From Callorhinchus milii (taxonomy: Eukaryota): a stretch of DNA of 64,000 nt. A model generated the notes under the pieces. That model saw only the letters and a list, made by a program, of their open reading frames with translations. It did no database searches and had not been told where the DNA came from. How positions within the stretch are numbered: the stretch's first letter is position 1; each line of letters starts with the position of its first letter. The position numbers and the translations under genes were made by a program. The stretch is from NCBI RefSeq assembly GCF_018977255.1, contig NW_024704743.1, positions 115,136,001-115,200,000 of the forward strand. The letters are read 5' to 3'. This document shows, piece after piece, positions 36,821 through 48,835 of this stretch.

Positions 36821-38540
36821 TGTCTACAAATTCCGATCACTCTTGTCCGTCTTTGACCTTCTCCAGAACCCCATCTCCCAACCCCCCGCGGCTCGGTAAG
36901 TTGCCTGTCGTGCATTTCCTTGTCTCACTATTGGCGACCAAGCCTTCAGGCACTATGCCTTTACTCTGGAACAACCTCCCTAAATGGTTCTGCCTCCCCC
37001 TTTCTCTTTTAAAGTCTTCTGAAAACCAATCCCACTTTGATCTTGACAACAGTTGCCTTGCTCCCCCATCCTCCCTAACTGGGTGTCCACCACTGACTCT
37101 GTGATGCACTTTGAGATGTTGCCCTATTTTCAGAAATCATATCAATGCAAGTTGTTGTTGGCTGACCTCTGACATCAGACTGTGCCTCAGAACAAGTAAT
37201 AATAATAATCCTCGCATTTGATATAGTGCCTCATCACGTTGTCCAGAAATCTCGAAGCACTTCACAGAATTTTACTTTGAAGTGGAGTGATTATTTTTTA
37301 GGCAAACCCAGGCAGCCAATTTGCACACAGCAGTTGAGCAGACTGTTGGCCAAGTCAGGTCTTCAAGCTTAAAGACAACATCCACAAAGCGGTCGCACAT
37401 CCCTTCCATGAAGGAATTATCCAGCTTTGTTCAGAAACTGGCCCCAACACAATAAACATACAGATCACAAGAATCCTCACTGAGTGAAGTGAGTAATTGC
37501 ATGCTTCGTAAATTAAACCAAATCATTCATGATGTTTGGTGTGGGAGGGGGAGGAGAGAGGGAAGGGCGAGAAAAAAGGGAACAACTGTTTCTGTATCGA
37601 ATGTGGACAAAGAGTAATAGAGATGGCGTTAAGATAAAATAAACTCGCAACATAGAAGTGAATGGACTGCGAAGGGAATAGCGGGGCATTTTTCTCTGCA
37701 GCGCAGCTTTAACTAGAAATTCCTGAGACAAATTTAGAAACCGTGATATAAACAGACCTGCTGGAGTCTTTTAAAATTGTTTGGAATGCTGTGTATACAT
37801 TCGAGGTGCTGTGGGTAAGGAGCTGAACCCGTTTCAAGTAAAAGGGTTCTTTATTCTTTAAAGATCATGTTGGGACTTTGATTCACACAGTCCAGGCTGA
37901 CACTCCCATTGCAATGCTGGGCGTGTGTTGTGTTGTTGGAAGTGCCATCCCTTTGGGTGAGACATTAAACCAAGGTCGCGTCTGCCTGTTCAGGTGGACA
38001 TTAAAGATCCCATGGCTGTATTCGAAAAGAGAAGGGAGTTTCTCTCGGTGTCTTGGCAAACAGCAAGCAAGGAACCAAACCTAATTTGGACAACATCGGT
38101 TGACTGCCAGTGCTTTTAACAATAATATTCCTTACATTTGATACAGCCACATTCACAAAGGGAGGACGTTCAAAGCACATCACAGGATTTACTGTAAAGT
38201 GTAGTGGCTGTGTATCCGATAGGCAAATGTCACAGCCAGTTTATCCACAGCAATGTCACAAATGGCCGTTAATGTGGGTATTGTCCATTGGGGAGACAGG
38301 AGGGTGGGAATTGTGAATCGGGTATTGCCAATAGTGGTATTGAGGTGATCATATCGACACTTATTTTTAATCTTAAACACCTCCCTTCTCAGGCTGCCTT
38401 TCCCCCCAACCCTGTTGTACGCAGGCGAGGGATCAGTGCGGAGATACACTGGCTGCCTTTTCTTCTCCTTGATCCACTACTACAGATGCAGCCCTGACTG
38501 AGATCAGCTCCCTCAGTGCAGATTACCATCTACAGCATTA

Positions 38541-39627
38541 CAACAACAAGACAACAACAACAAGATTCCATTTATAAAGCGCCTTTCACGTCAGGAGGAC
38601 GTCCCAAGGCGCTGCACAGTTGGGTCATGACCCGAGCAGGGGGGAAATGGTCAGGGGAGGGGAGGGAGCGAGGAGGGGGGAAATGGTCAGGGTGAGGGGA
38701 GGGAAGGGAGGGAGCGAGAAGGGGGAAGAGAGTCGAGAGGGGAGCTGAAGGCTCGGTCAAAGAGAAAGGTTTTGAGACCGGCCTTGAAGGAGGAGAGGGA
38801 GGAAGCAAGGCGAAGGCACTGGGGGATAGAGTTCCAGAGCCTCGGGGCTGAGAGGCTGAAGGCCCGGCCACCGATGGTAGGGCGAGTTGGGCGGGGACGT
38901 GGAGCAGACCGGAGCCAGAGGAACGGAGGGTACGGGCAGGTAGGTAGGGGGATAGTAGGTTGGAGAGGTAGGAGGGAGCAAGGCCGTGAATGGCCTTGTA
39001 GGTGAGGATGAGGATCTTGAAATCAATCCTCTGGGGGATGGGGAGCCAGTGGAGGCGAGCGAGGGTGGGAGTGATGTGGTCCCGAAGCCTGGTGCGGGAC
39101 AGTACACGAGCTGCAGAGTTCTGGATGACCTGCAGCTTGTGGAGGGAGGTGGCGGGAAGGCCGACGAGGAGAGAGTTCCCATAGTCCAGCCTTGAGGTGA
39201 CAAAGGCGTGAACCAGTGTTTCAGCCGCGTGAGGGATGAGGTAGTGCCGTAGTCTGGCGATGTTCCCGAGGTGATGGAAGGCGGTGCCAGTTGTGGTGCG
39301 GATGTGAGGGAGAAAGGACAGCTCAGGGTCGAACAAAACGCCGAGGTTCCTGACTGGCTTTGAGAGGTGGAGAGTGCAGCCTTGGATGCTGATGCTGTCA
39401 GCGCCTGAGGTGCGGAGGCGCTGACGTGAGCCAATCAGGAGGGCCTCGGTTTTTCGCACGTTGAGCTGAAGAAAGTTGTCTCTCGTCCAGGACTCGATGT
39501 CGGACAGGCAGGCTGTCAGGACATCGGTGGTCGTGGAGTTGAGAGTAGAGGAGGAAAGGTAGAGTTGGGTGTCATCCACATACATGTGGAAGTTAACTCC
39601 ATGTCTGCGGATGATGTCACCAAGGGG
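38541..39627 (-). mobile_element. Young L2 LINE, 5' truncated within RT (~1.09 kb)
   Basis: HMYVDDTQLYLS (RT YxDD motif) through the ORF2 C-terminus; small tandem duplication in the 3' UTR (38641-38715); (ttg)n tail. Confidence 0.93.
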
Positions 39628-39877
39628 TTACAGATTACAGATCTGTGAGCCTCAATGGTTGGTGGCTTTACTCACTCGTTCATGGGAGGAGCTGCTTACT
39701 TGAATATTGTATTGGGGGGGCATTTAAAAAGAATCACATGCACAGGAAATCTAGCGGAGAAAGAGCTGAGAATTGGAATTAGCATTAGACAGCCTCTTGG
39801 AGGAGAAAACACTGACATGAAATAAAGGGGCCGAATGGCCTAATTTACTGGATCTGTGAAGATGCCCTGCCTAAAAT

Positions 39878-40080
39878 CTGGAACTCTCTCCCCCAAAAGG
39901 CTATGGGAGCTGGATTCATTCACATCTTCAAGACTGAGGTTGACAGATATTTGTTAGGTCAGGGTATTAAGGGATACAGGACAAGGTGGGTAATTGGACT
40001 TGAGGTACAAATCAGCCCTGATCTTATAGAATTGTGGCACAGGCTCAAGGAGCTGAATGGGCTTCTCCTGTTTCTATGTT
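39878..40080 (+). mobile_element. CR1/HER1-like LINE 3' end
   Basis: WNSLPQKAMGAGFIHIFKTEVDRYLLGQGIKGY then the tail aggctcaaggagctgaatgggcttctcctgtttctatgtt typical of shark CR1. Confidence 0.75.
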
Positions 40081-40799
40081 ATTATCACCCCCAGCCTTGT
40101 GAGTTCTTTTTATACAGATCTCTGTGTACTTGTGGCCCTGCAGAGCCATGAGTGACATCCTCTGTGTGTAGACTCCACCCTCTCCATCCTGCCTCTGCAA
40201 AGAGATGGACAACCCGTCCATTTTAACAATGGGGAGAAACAAGCACAATGCACGTTGTTGGTAACCCCCGGCCCACCCACCATCACCACCTCCGACCCAC
40301 CCCCTCCTACTTGAACACACTTCCTTCGAGCACTGCATTATTTTTAACCAGACCAAGTCACTCCTGTTTCCTTTGTATTTCATGCCACCTTTTTGCTAAG
40401 GATGTCTCTTGCTGTTATTAATAGTAACTTGGGGCCTTGGCTCTGACCTTAAGCAATCCTACAGCCTACTATCTTTGAACTGTTCTTTTGCTGTAAGTAC
40501 AGATGTCTCAAGAGTAAATCCCTCAAGGCCAAGCTAAGTAACTCAAAGGCTCCACAGGGACAATGCAGAGCATCCAACATTGCAGAGGTCAGAGCTCATG
40601 GTGGTTTTCAGAAGAGATGTTTTGTGGAAGGCACATATATTGAGCTCAGGATGTTGGGACTCATTTTTTTAAAAACAAACTTGATGCTGCATTGGGTGGA
40701 TGATAGAGTGTGTGTTCTGGAAGGATAAAGTCAAAGATAGGCCTCAATCTTCATTCAAACCTCTCTTGTGATCTTATTTCAATGGCCAAGCGAATAGCA

Positions 40800-40925
40800 T
40801 CACATCCAGGCAACAAGGTTCAAATCGCGGCCTGCATTGAGTTAGCTGATCTCAGCTGGGGCAATGTTCATGGCACTACAATTGAAGCCATTGAGTTAGT
40901 GAGGGGAAAATCAGCCGGTGGGTAC
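40800..40925 (+). mobile_element. Fragment of an old SINE-like repeat (family uncertain)
   Basis: B-box-like ggttcaaatc followed by gagttagctgatctcagctgggg...ctacaattg...gaggggaaaatcagcc, recognised from memory as an ancient vertebrate SINE-type motif; not verified. Confidence 0.4.
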
Positions 40926-41212
40926 TCTGGAAGGATGAGATCAAGGGGAAACAGGTGGTAAATAGGACTGAATGAAAGTATTGCACTTTAAGAGAGCCAG
41001 CACAGACATGATGGCCGGATGGACTTCTTCTGTGCTATAGATTTCTATGGTTCTAAATTGAGTCAAAGGGCTCGAGCCTCTCCTTTGAGAGGCACTTAAT
41101 ATTGGAATTAATAGCCAATGTATAGAATTTCTCTGGAATCCTTTTCACGTGTGAAATTCTGACTCAGTTGGATGTGCTCTCATCTCTGATTCAAAAGGTT
41201 GTGAGTGTCAAA

Positions 41213-41574
41213 TAACAACAACAACAAAATTACATTTGTATGGTGCCTTTCACGTCGGGAGGATGTCCCAAGGCGCTGGACAGACATAGTTATGGATGTG
41301 AGCTGGGGGGTCGGGGTTGGGGAGGGTGGAGGCTGGTGGGGGTAGCAGGGATATCAAAAGCACGGTCGAAGAGGAGGGTCTTGAAGGAGACAAGGGGGGA
41401 TGGGCGAGGCAGAGGGACTGCAGAAGGCCCGCCTGCCAATAGTGGGGTGGGCGAGGCGGGGAACATGAAGCAAGCCGGAGCCCGCTGAATGGAGGGAGCG
41501 AGCAAGATGGTAGGGGGTTAGGGGGTCGCAGAGGTAGGGGGAGCAAGACCATGGAGGGCTTTGAAGGTGAGGAC
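41213..41574 (-). mobile_element. L2 3' fragment
   Basis: (caa)n tail, ggtgcctttcacgtcgggaggatgtcccaaggcgctggacag, and reverse-frame FKTLLFDRAF. Confidence 0.75.
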
Positions 41575-41909
41575 TTAAAATGAAATGTTAAGCCAAGGTT
41601 CCATCTGCCTGATCAGGTAGATGTTGAATATCCAATGGCTGATCAGGATAAGATCTTCCACTCATTTGTATTGACTTTATTTAATTTTACAATTCAAAGA
41701 AGGGGAATAAAGTAGAGCCAATATTCAAAACAATTTTTCCACCCAACAGTCTTTTTGGAAGATAAAATGTATTTTAGGAAATGACTTGCTCCCTCCCAAA
41801 AAAGAACAGCAGTTGAATGGGTAACATCCATCTGAACGTGGACAAAATGGGCTGAATGGCTTCCTTCTCTACTGTTGTTGTGTCTCTCTGTTTGTCTTCA
41901 TGTGTCTCA

Positions 41910-42256
41910 TGGAGTCCTGTGGCGTAGTGGTTAGTACACTCGCCTCGCAAGTGAGAGGACCCAAAACCGTAGGCAAGTTTCCTTTCTCCACACGCTTCCA
42001 TTTCCCAAGCAGTAAGTAGGAACCTGATTGTTAGGCGATTATTGGATGCCTTTTCCGGGATAATAATCCCTAAAAAAAAAAAAAAAATTTGGTCCATTTT
42101 TCCACAACTGTTTGTGGGACTCTACTGTTCGCAATTCCACCCACAAAAATATACAGTCAATTTACTTTACAATATATTTTGTGGAGCGCTTTGAGATGTC
42201 TCAACGACTTGATAAGGCGCTGTATGAAAAGTAAGGATTATTATTAATATTATTAT
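41910..42256 (+). mobile_element. tRNA-Ala-headed SINE, long subfamily
   Basis: ggagtcctgtggcgtagtggttagtacactcgcc head, same body, (att)n tail. Confidence 0.75.
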
Positions 42257-42882
42257 AATGCTGTGTTCTGTGAGGTGCAGTGCTGGATTCTTAACTGCTG
42301 GAAACCGAATCAAGTTCCCTCGACCGTCATTACGTCACGGAGGGGAAGCCATTCTCCCCGGCCTGGATTGGAACCCGACTCCCTGCTGTGGGCTCCAAGG
42401 GTTAATTGGAGTTCATCACCTGAGCACAAATATGACAAGCTGCAACTTCCTTTACTTTGAGTCTGTTTCCCTCGTGACATTTCCTGCTCGGCCTCCTTCC
42501 TATCTTCAAGGACAAGGTTCAGGCAAGTCCAGTCGGAAATCCCTGGTTTCATGCGGAGTTTTGTTTGGTCTTTTTTCCTTTTCCCCGGGTTTCCACAGGC
42601 ACATTCCTGCTTCCCGGATAGGAGCCAATATTCCCAATCCGCTGAAGCACTGTCACTCCGCGGATGGAAGTAGCTTTTGGGATTCTGTCTGCCTGATTTA
42701 TAATGATCCTTGTACTTGTTACAACATTTAGTATGTTCTTCATGAGGGATGCGGGGGGAGAGGTGTGGGGTTGATTGAAGTGACTGTGCACTTGTGGGCA
42801 AGCGCAGCAACCATTTTGCGCACAGCAAGACCTCAAAAAACATCCAGAAAATGAATGGCCAGTTTATCCAGGGGAACTTAGG

Positions 42883-43265
42883 TGTCAACCTGGCTCAGTT
42901 GGTAGCACTGAGTCAGAAAATGTTAGTTTCATGTCGGGACTTGAACCTTGTGTAGTCTGAAACTTCAATATAATACTGAGGATGCACTGCATTGTTGAAA
43001 GTGCTATCCTTGGGATGAGCTGTTAAACTGAGGTCCCATCTGCCTGTTCAGGTGGACTTTAAGATCCCATGGAAAAGAGAGATTCTCCCGTTGTCCTGGC
43101 CAGCAATCCCCCAAATAAAATTGATCATTCATTCCATGGCTGTTTGTGGAACATTGCTGTGTGCAAACTGCCTGCTGTGTTTACCCGCAAAATACATTTT
43201 GCAGCAGTTACCTTTGAGGCATTTTTGACATTATAGGTGTGTTATTAAATGCAATTATGATTAAT
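42883..43265 (+). mobile_element. SacSINE1-like Deu-SINE
   Basis: tgtcaacctggctcagttggtagcactgagtcagaa...tgttaaactgaggtcccatctgcctgttcaggtggactttaagatcccatgg...ctgtttgtggaacattgctgtgtgcaaa. Confidence 0.78.
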
Positions 43266-44003
43266 ATTATCACAAGAGTGGTCTGGCTGAAGAAGTCCCT
43301 TCAGCCCATCTAATCTCATCCCTCCAGAACACCCATCCTCTATCATTCCCCTGCATCACTGCATCGAGCTGCTTTTAAATTAATCTAGTGTCCTGACCTC
43401 CATCACCTTTCCTGACAATATTCTCTGGTCGTTGATAACCTTCTGCATATAAAACAAATTCCTGGTGTCTGTCCTAAAAATGCCCTTAACAACTCTAAAC
43501 CTATGTCCTATTGTTCTACTGTCATGCTATCTCCTAAATCAATGGTATGGGTTATTTTTTCAGTCCCATTTAAAATTGCATATAATAACTTGGAGCTAGT
43601 TTTGCGATTATAAGTCGTCTTCATCTGTTCCCATAACCGAAAATCAACAGCCTCAATGCTTGTGGTGCTAACGGGGAAGCTAATGTAACAAGAGGCTTTA
43701 CATTAATTAATCTATTTTAAATAAAGCTGGAAAGTAGCTTATACAGAGTATCGCACAGGGTGACCCTGTGAGCAAACCCTGTGAGTGGCCTCATTGCCTA
43801 GCGCTGGCTGGTACTAGCTGCAGGTCCCACACATAATGATGTTCACTTGTGTTCTTCAGAAGGATATTTGCATTGCCAGAATATCTCATCCTTCCAAAAC
43901 ATCCTTCCTGTTACAGCATCGAATGCTTTCTTAAATGAGTCGTAGCGTGCTCCCTGCTAATACGTTTCAGCTGTTATTTACTCTCTGCTGAAAGAAGTGT
44001 GAG

Positions 44004-44485
44004 TGTCAGCCTGGCTCAACTAATAGCACTCTCGCTTCTGAGTCAGAAGGTTGTGGGTTCAAGCTCCATGTCAGGACTTTGAGCTCACATAATTCAGGCT
44101 GACACTCCAATGCAGTGCTTGGGAGAAAGAGAGAGGGGCGCTGTATTGGGACGTATTCCCGATGTGAAAGGCGTTATACAAATGTAACTTCTTGTATTAA
44201 ACATTAAATAAAGATCCTGTCTGCCTGTTTGGATGGATGTTAAAGATCCCATGGCACTATTTAAAAAGAGAAGGGAGTTTCTCCCAGAGTCTTGGCCAAC
44301 AATCCCCCAAATAAAATCGATCATTCACTTCGTAGCTGTTTGTGGGACATTGTTGCGCGCAAATTGGCCACTGCAATTGCCTGCAAAGTACACAGTCACT
44401 ACATTTAATAGCAAATCCTGAGAAGTACTTTGATACAACCTCTTGATATGAAAGTGTACGGTATCAAATATAACGATTATTATTT
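44004..44485 (+). mobile_element. SacSINE1-like Deu-SINE, near full length, with an internal L2 tail fragment
   Basis: tgtcagcctggctcaactaatagcactctcgcttctgagtcagaaggttgtgggttcaag...aaagatcccatggcactatt...gggagtttctccc...ctgtttgtgggacattgttgcgcgcaaattggc. Confidence 0.82.
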
Positions 44486-45607
44486 TTTAATATTTGGTGT
44501 CCATCATCATGTTGTCTTTTACAGGACAGAACCTCTTCCCTGGTGTTATTGACCACATCCTTTCTCCCCCCACCCCAGCTCCCTCCGACCTTGACTTCTC
44601 ACTCAGTCTTTGTGACCTGAAAGAAGCTTAAGTATTAAATGTTGTTGTCATTGTTGTGTCCTTGTCTACAGCTGATCCCATGTCAAGTTATAGCTTGAAG
44701 GATGCTATTGTGAGGTTGGAGGATTTTCCTTCACCTCAGGAAATGTCTCAGAGAGTGGCTGAGAAACTGCATTTAATCATCAGCGTTGGGCAATGCATTG
44801 CACTTGGAACTCCACCCAAATGCTGTCAGCGGAACCCAGGGTCAGTGTGGGCGTCTGGGGAACCGAACAGAGATTTATTTGCTACAATTTTTACTGGTAT
44901 TTCCCACAGCTCAGATACAATGCTAAAATATAATCGTCCTTGCGTGTGATACAGCACCTAAGACGTTGAATCTTCTCAATGAGCATCACAGGAAATCGCT
45001 GTCAAGTCCAGTCACTGTGTTTTGTAGGAACATGCTTAGCTAAGAATTTGTGCACAGCAATGTCCCACAAACAGCCATGAAGTGAATGATCAACTTAACC
45101 GGAGGAGTGTTGGCCACGACACTGGGGGGAAAACTCCTTATTCTCAAAGCGCTCCACAAAATATATTGTAAAGTAAGTTGACTGTATATTTTTGTGGGTG
45201 GAATGCGGCAGCCGATTGCGAACAGTAGAGTCCCACAAATCGTGTCACCTGAGCGTGGGTGGGTGGGTGGGTCCTGCCGCAATGCGCCGCTCTCTGCCTC
45301 AGTCTCGAACTGTGAGCTCAAATCCCGATCTTGGGCTTGAGCCCGCAGTCTTCCAATGTCACTTGCGTATGAAATATCCCATTAAAATAAAAAAAACAGC
45401 GACTTTCTCCCAGTGTCCTGCCCAACAGTCCCACCAGATTAAATTAGTCTTTCAGCTCGTGTTCTGCTTGCAGGACCTTGCTGTATTCTGTCCAGCGCCT
45501 TGGGGCATCCTCCCGACATGAAAGGCGCTATACAAATGTAATGTTGTTGTTGTTGTATGACTGTATTTGTTGGGTTTGAAGCGAAATGAAGCAAATGCTG
45601 CACCTCT

Positions 45608-45627
45608 TTCTCCATCTGGTGGTCGCT
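45608..45627 (-). promoter_or_regulatory. Possible CTCF site between the two genes
   Basis: Minus strand reads gcgaccaccagatggagaa, close to the CCACCAGRTGGCG consensus; motif match only. Confidence 0.25.
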
Positions 45628-45896
45628 TCAAGCAACTCCATATAGGAACACTTCAAAGTAAGCAACACGGTGTTGTGATTTTCAGTGGTAAAAATCTGAC
45701 CAATGTTAATGTCAAAAAGCCAATTTCCTGCTAAATTATTATTGTAATCTGTCAAACGTGAGCTTGGGGTTTTTACGTTGGGGGGTGGGGGGGTTGGGGT
45801 GGAAATATACTTCCAGCTCCCCAACATTTTAAATCGGGGAGGGAAGGTGATAGTCCCCTTTCCCCACGCCCCCCAGTTCCACTTCCAATGGTCTAC

Positions 45897-46104
45897 CAGT
45901 GTAGTCGAACCTTATGGCTGCTGAGGGCTGCAGGTCCTATTTGAGCAATGTCCCCGGGCTGCATAAGCAATATTTTTGTGTTTTCCTTCCAGAAACGTAA
46001 TAACATTTGTGGGTTATGGAGGGAGAGGGTGGGACAGATGAAATGGAGGGAGCGGGTGGGCGCCTGATGAAATCGGCCCGGGGGCCGCCAGTTGGACCAC
46101 CCTG
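45897..46104. mobile_element. hAT (Charlie-type) MITE, 208 bp
   Basis: Imperfect TIRs cagtgtagtcgaacct / agttggaccaccctg; right flank gtctagac fits the nTCTAGAn Charlie target preference; left flank gtctac is a degenerate match. Confidence 0.7.
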
Positions 46105-46229
46105 GTCTAGACTAACACGCCAGCGCACTGCTGTGGGAGCCCTGCATTGCTGGAGGTACCATCCTTTAGATGAGGAATTAAACCGAGGTCCCGTCTGTTT
46201 TTTAAATGAATCTCAGTGCCCTAGTCCCA

Positions 46230-46483
46230 ACAACCTTTTAACCTATCATCCCCTGTCCTCTACCCCATTTTCTCCTTTGTCTTCCTTGCCCTGCCTCCCC
46301 CCTCTCTGTCAGCTCTTAAAATCCTCTCCCTCCCAACATGCCCCAGTTCTGACGAAGGGTCGTGGACCCGGAACATTGACTCACTTTCCTTTCTCATAGA
46401 TGCTGCCTGACCTGCTGAGTGTTTCCAGCGACTTCTGTTTTTGTTTCAGATTTCCAACATCTGCAGTATTTTGCGTTTTGTTT
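46230..46483 (+). mobile_element. Penelope-like element terminal remnant with a degenerate hammerhead motif
   Basis: ttctgacgaagggtcgtggacccggaacattgact...agatgctgcctgacctgctgagtgtttccagc...tttcagatttccaacatctgcagt, the typical end of shark Penelope-like repeats. Confidence 0.75.
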
Positions 46484-47337
46484 CCACTTGATAATATATT
46501 TTGCAAAGCGCTTTGAGACGTCTCAACGACATGATAAGGAGCTATATCAAATGCAATGATAATTATTATATTATTATTAATATCTTTTTGTCTGGTACAG
46601 CAGGTATCAGACTCCGGACATATCCCTGAAGTTCGCTCTCTAAAGTTATGTGAAATACAAAGGTTCACTTGGGTAATTTGTGCTCTGTCTCTCTCAACCC
46701 TCTCCATCCCACAAATATCTCACAGTGAAGCGTTACAGCTGATTATGAAGCTAAAACGTTGCATCTTAAAAGGGTCGGATGGGTCTCTGCTGGAGGTAGA
46801 ACTGGATAAAGATAAATTCTCGGCATTACACGTTGCCATGTGAGGAAGACCTCATGCAACATTGATAAAGATTTGGCAGCCTTGGATGCAGGAGAACTAT
46901 CCTGTATAGTCACAATGGGCTTTTTTTATATAACACACACAGGCTGCTGGTTGAAATGCTGAACTGAAATTAATTTAAAGCCGGATCCAAGGTAACGAGA
47001 ACCAAAGGCGGAGTTAAGAAAAGTTTAACTAATGCTGGCCGAGAGCCCTAATTGGTGCTGTTTAATAAAAAAAAACCACACACATTCTGCAAAGCAGCTC
47101 CAGCCTCAACCTCCCGCAAAGATAGAGAGAGTAAGAAAGGGTGAGTGAAATTGGCCATCAATCATTCTGAAATTAACAAGCAGCCAGACAAAGCCACAAG
47201 GACACAGCAGCACAGGCTGTAGGGGGAAAAGGTAGGGAGAGGAGAGATTTTTTCCTTTGGGAAGGGGGATAAAAAGTTGGGTTGGAGGGTGGAGTGTGGG
47301 GTGGAAGAGAGAGAAGGGAAGAAATTGTCCCAGGTTC

Positions 47338-47405
47338 AACAACAACAAATTACATTTGTCTAGTGCCTTTCACGTCAGGAGGACGTCCCAAGGTGCTGGA
47401 CAGTC
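47338..47405 (-). mobile_element. Isolated L2 3' tail directly upstream of the TRPN1 start codon
   Basis: aacaacaacaaattacatttgtctagtgcctttcacgtcaggaggacgtcccaaggtgctggacag matches the tails at 18289-18363 and 41213-41283. Confidence 0.85.
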
Positions 47406-47421
47406 GGATCCAGCCACAGAG

Positions 47422-47571
47422 ATGTCGGAGACCGGTTCCATAGGTTCAGGATCGACTGTGGCTTCAGGAAGCAGGATTGTGCTGTTGGCGACCAGAGGAG
47501 AATGGGGAGCCCTGGAACAGGCTCTCAAAGGGATAGACAGGGGAGACCGAGACATCTCCCTCTCCGACGAA
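47422..47571 (+). CDS. TRPN1: TRPN1 (NOMPC) mechanotransduction channel, first coding exon
   Basis: MSETGSIGSGSTVASGSRIVLLATRGEWGALEQALKGIDRGDRDISLSDE resembles the vertebrate TRPN1 N-terminus (SRILxLAxRxEWxxLxQxLxxxEKGD as recalled); first in-frame ATG; donor GAA|gtgtgt, phase 0; 150 nt. Confidence 0.82.
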
Positions 47572-47693
47572 GTGTGTAACTATTTCTGTTTTGCCAACTA
47601 TTTCCTTATTCTTCTAACTTTAAAAAAACCAATCAAACCGACTGTTCACTTTTAACTGTTAAAAGGGCAGACTTTTTTATATTTTTCTATAAG

Positions 47694-47990
47694 TGTGGAT
47701 TCCTGTAGCATGGTGGTTAACTCAAGTGAGAGGAGCTGGGTCTGATTCCCAAGCAGATCGAAACCTTAGGCAAGTTTCCTTACTCCACACGCGTCTGTTT
47801 AGCTAGCAGTATATAGGAACCCGGTTGTTAGTCGATTGACGGTATTCATTACATGACTGTCGGGAGACTGCTGTGCGCATTTGCCCACAAAATACACAGT
47901 CAATCCCACTTTACAATATATTCTGTGAAGCACTTTGAGACATCTTGACGATGCGATAAGGTGTTATATCAAATGCAAGGATTATTATTA
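47694..47990 (+). mobile_element. tRNA-Ala-headed SINE, long subfamily
   Basis: gtggattcctgtagcatggtggtta head, gcaagtttccttactccacac body, (att)n tail. Confidence 0.75.
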
Positions 47991-48439
47991 TATAGAACAG
48001 GGAGCCATTTAAGTATTCAAGAAAAAATAAGCAACTTTGTCTGATTTTAAGAGATAATTGCAGTTGATTATTTCGGCTTTGAAAATGGCAGGGGCTCCTA
48101 CACGGATCCAAAATCACACCTCGTCTGAGCCCGTGAGACCTATGGCAATGCTCCCTGGCACTGTATTGAAATGCCAGCCTAAACTGTGAGTCCCAAAGTG
48201 GAACTTGAACCCACAACCTTCTGACTCAGAGTCGACAGTGTTACCAACTGAGCTTGGCTTCGATGGTCAACTGTTGAGTCAGTGCTGAGCCCTGACTGTA
48301 GAGCCTTTTGTTGTGCATTTTTCAGCAATAAAGAGGATTATCATCCCTAGTAGTCAGACACCACCAGTTACCTCAGTGCTTTAGATCTGGATGGAATTTA
48401 AGAATTTTCCACTATCCTGTGTGACTTTAAATTTTAAGG

Positions 48440-48835
48440 CTTTTTTTTGGTCAGCCGGGTGTCTGACACATGTGGAAACCCATTACCGTGCTTAAGAGTA
48501 TCCAAACCAAGCTGAGATTTCCATGCATCCCACCTACACATGGAAATCCCGGAGATAGATTGTTGGAATAGAATGCACACTCTCCCTGGAGGGACACATC
48601 TTGCTTACCTAATTCTAGAAAGTGTTAGGCACAGGTTGGCAAGAGCCAAGGCTTGGGGACCCGAGTGTGAGTTGAGGTACTGCTGGAGTCTAACCAGCTA
48701 AAACCGCATAGCTTGCCATTGACATTGCTGTCCAGCAAACTTTCCCGCTGCTTGTTGAGCTTGGACCACCCTACCTGTTAGGGCTTTGGCTTACTGGCTC
48801 AGGAACTGGACTATCGAGACCACCACAGAGGCCTG
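48440..48835 (-). repeat. Unclassified interspersed repeat (copy 5, most complete)
   Basis: Reverse complement runs from ggcctctgtggtggtctcgatagtccagttcctgagcc to gtgtcagacacccggctgaccaaaaaaaagcc and aligns with copies 1-4 and 6. Confidence 0.8.

Noticed and set aside
38572..39585. 337-aa ORF and its overlapping 225-aa alternative-frame ORF as host genes
   Set aside because: 5'-truncated L2 ORF2 and a shadow frame of the same element; near-identical copies occur elsewhere in the window.
40445..40680. Minus-strand coding-looking segment
   Set aside because: All three frames contain stops and I recognise no homolog; cannot support a pseudogene call.
42258..42888. 157-aa (+) and 192-aa (-) ORFs
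   Set aside because: No recognisable domain; part of the minus ORF is SINE sequence; treated as chance ORFs.
47257..47421. N-terminal extension of TRPN1 suggested by the ORF track
   Set aside because: Starts at TTG, crosses G-rich low-complexity sequence and an antisense L2 tail, and shows no resemblance to TRPN1.
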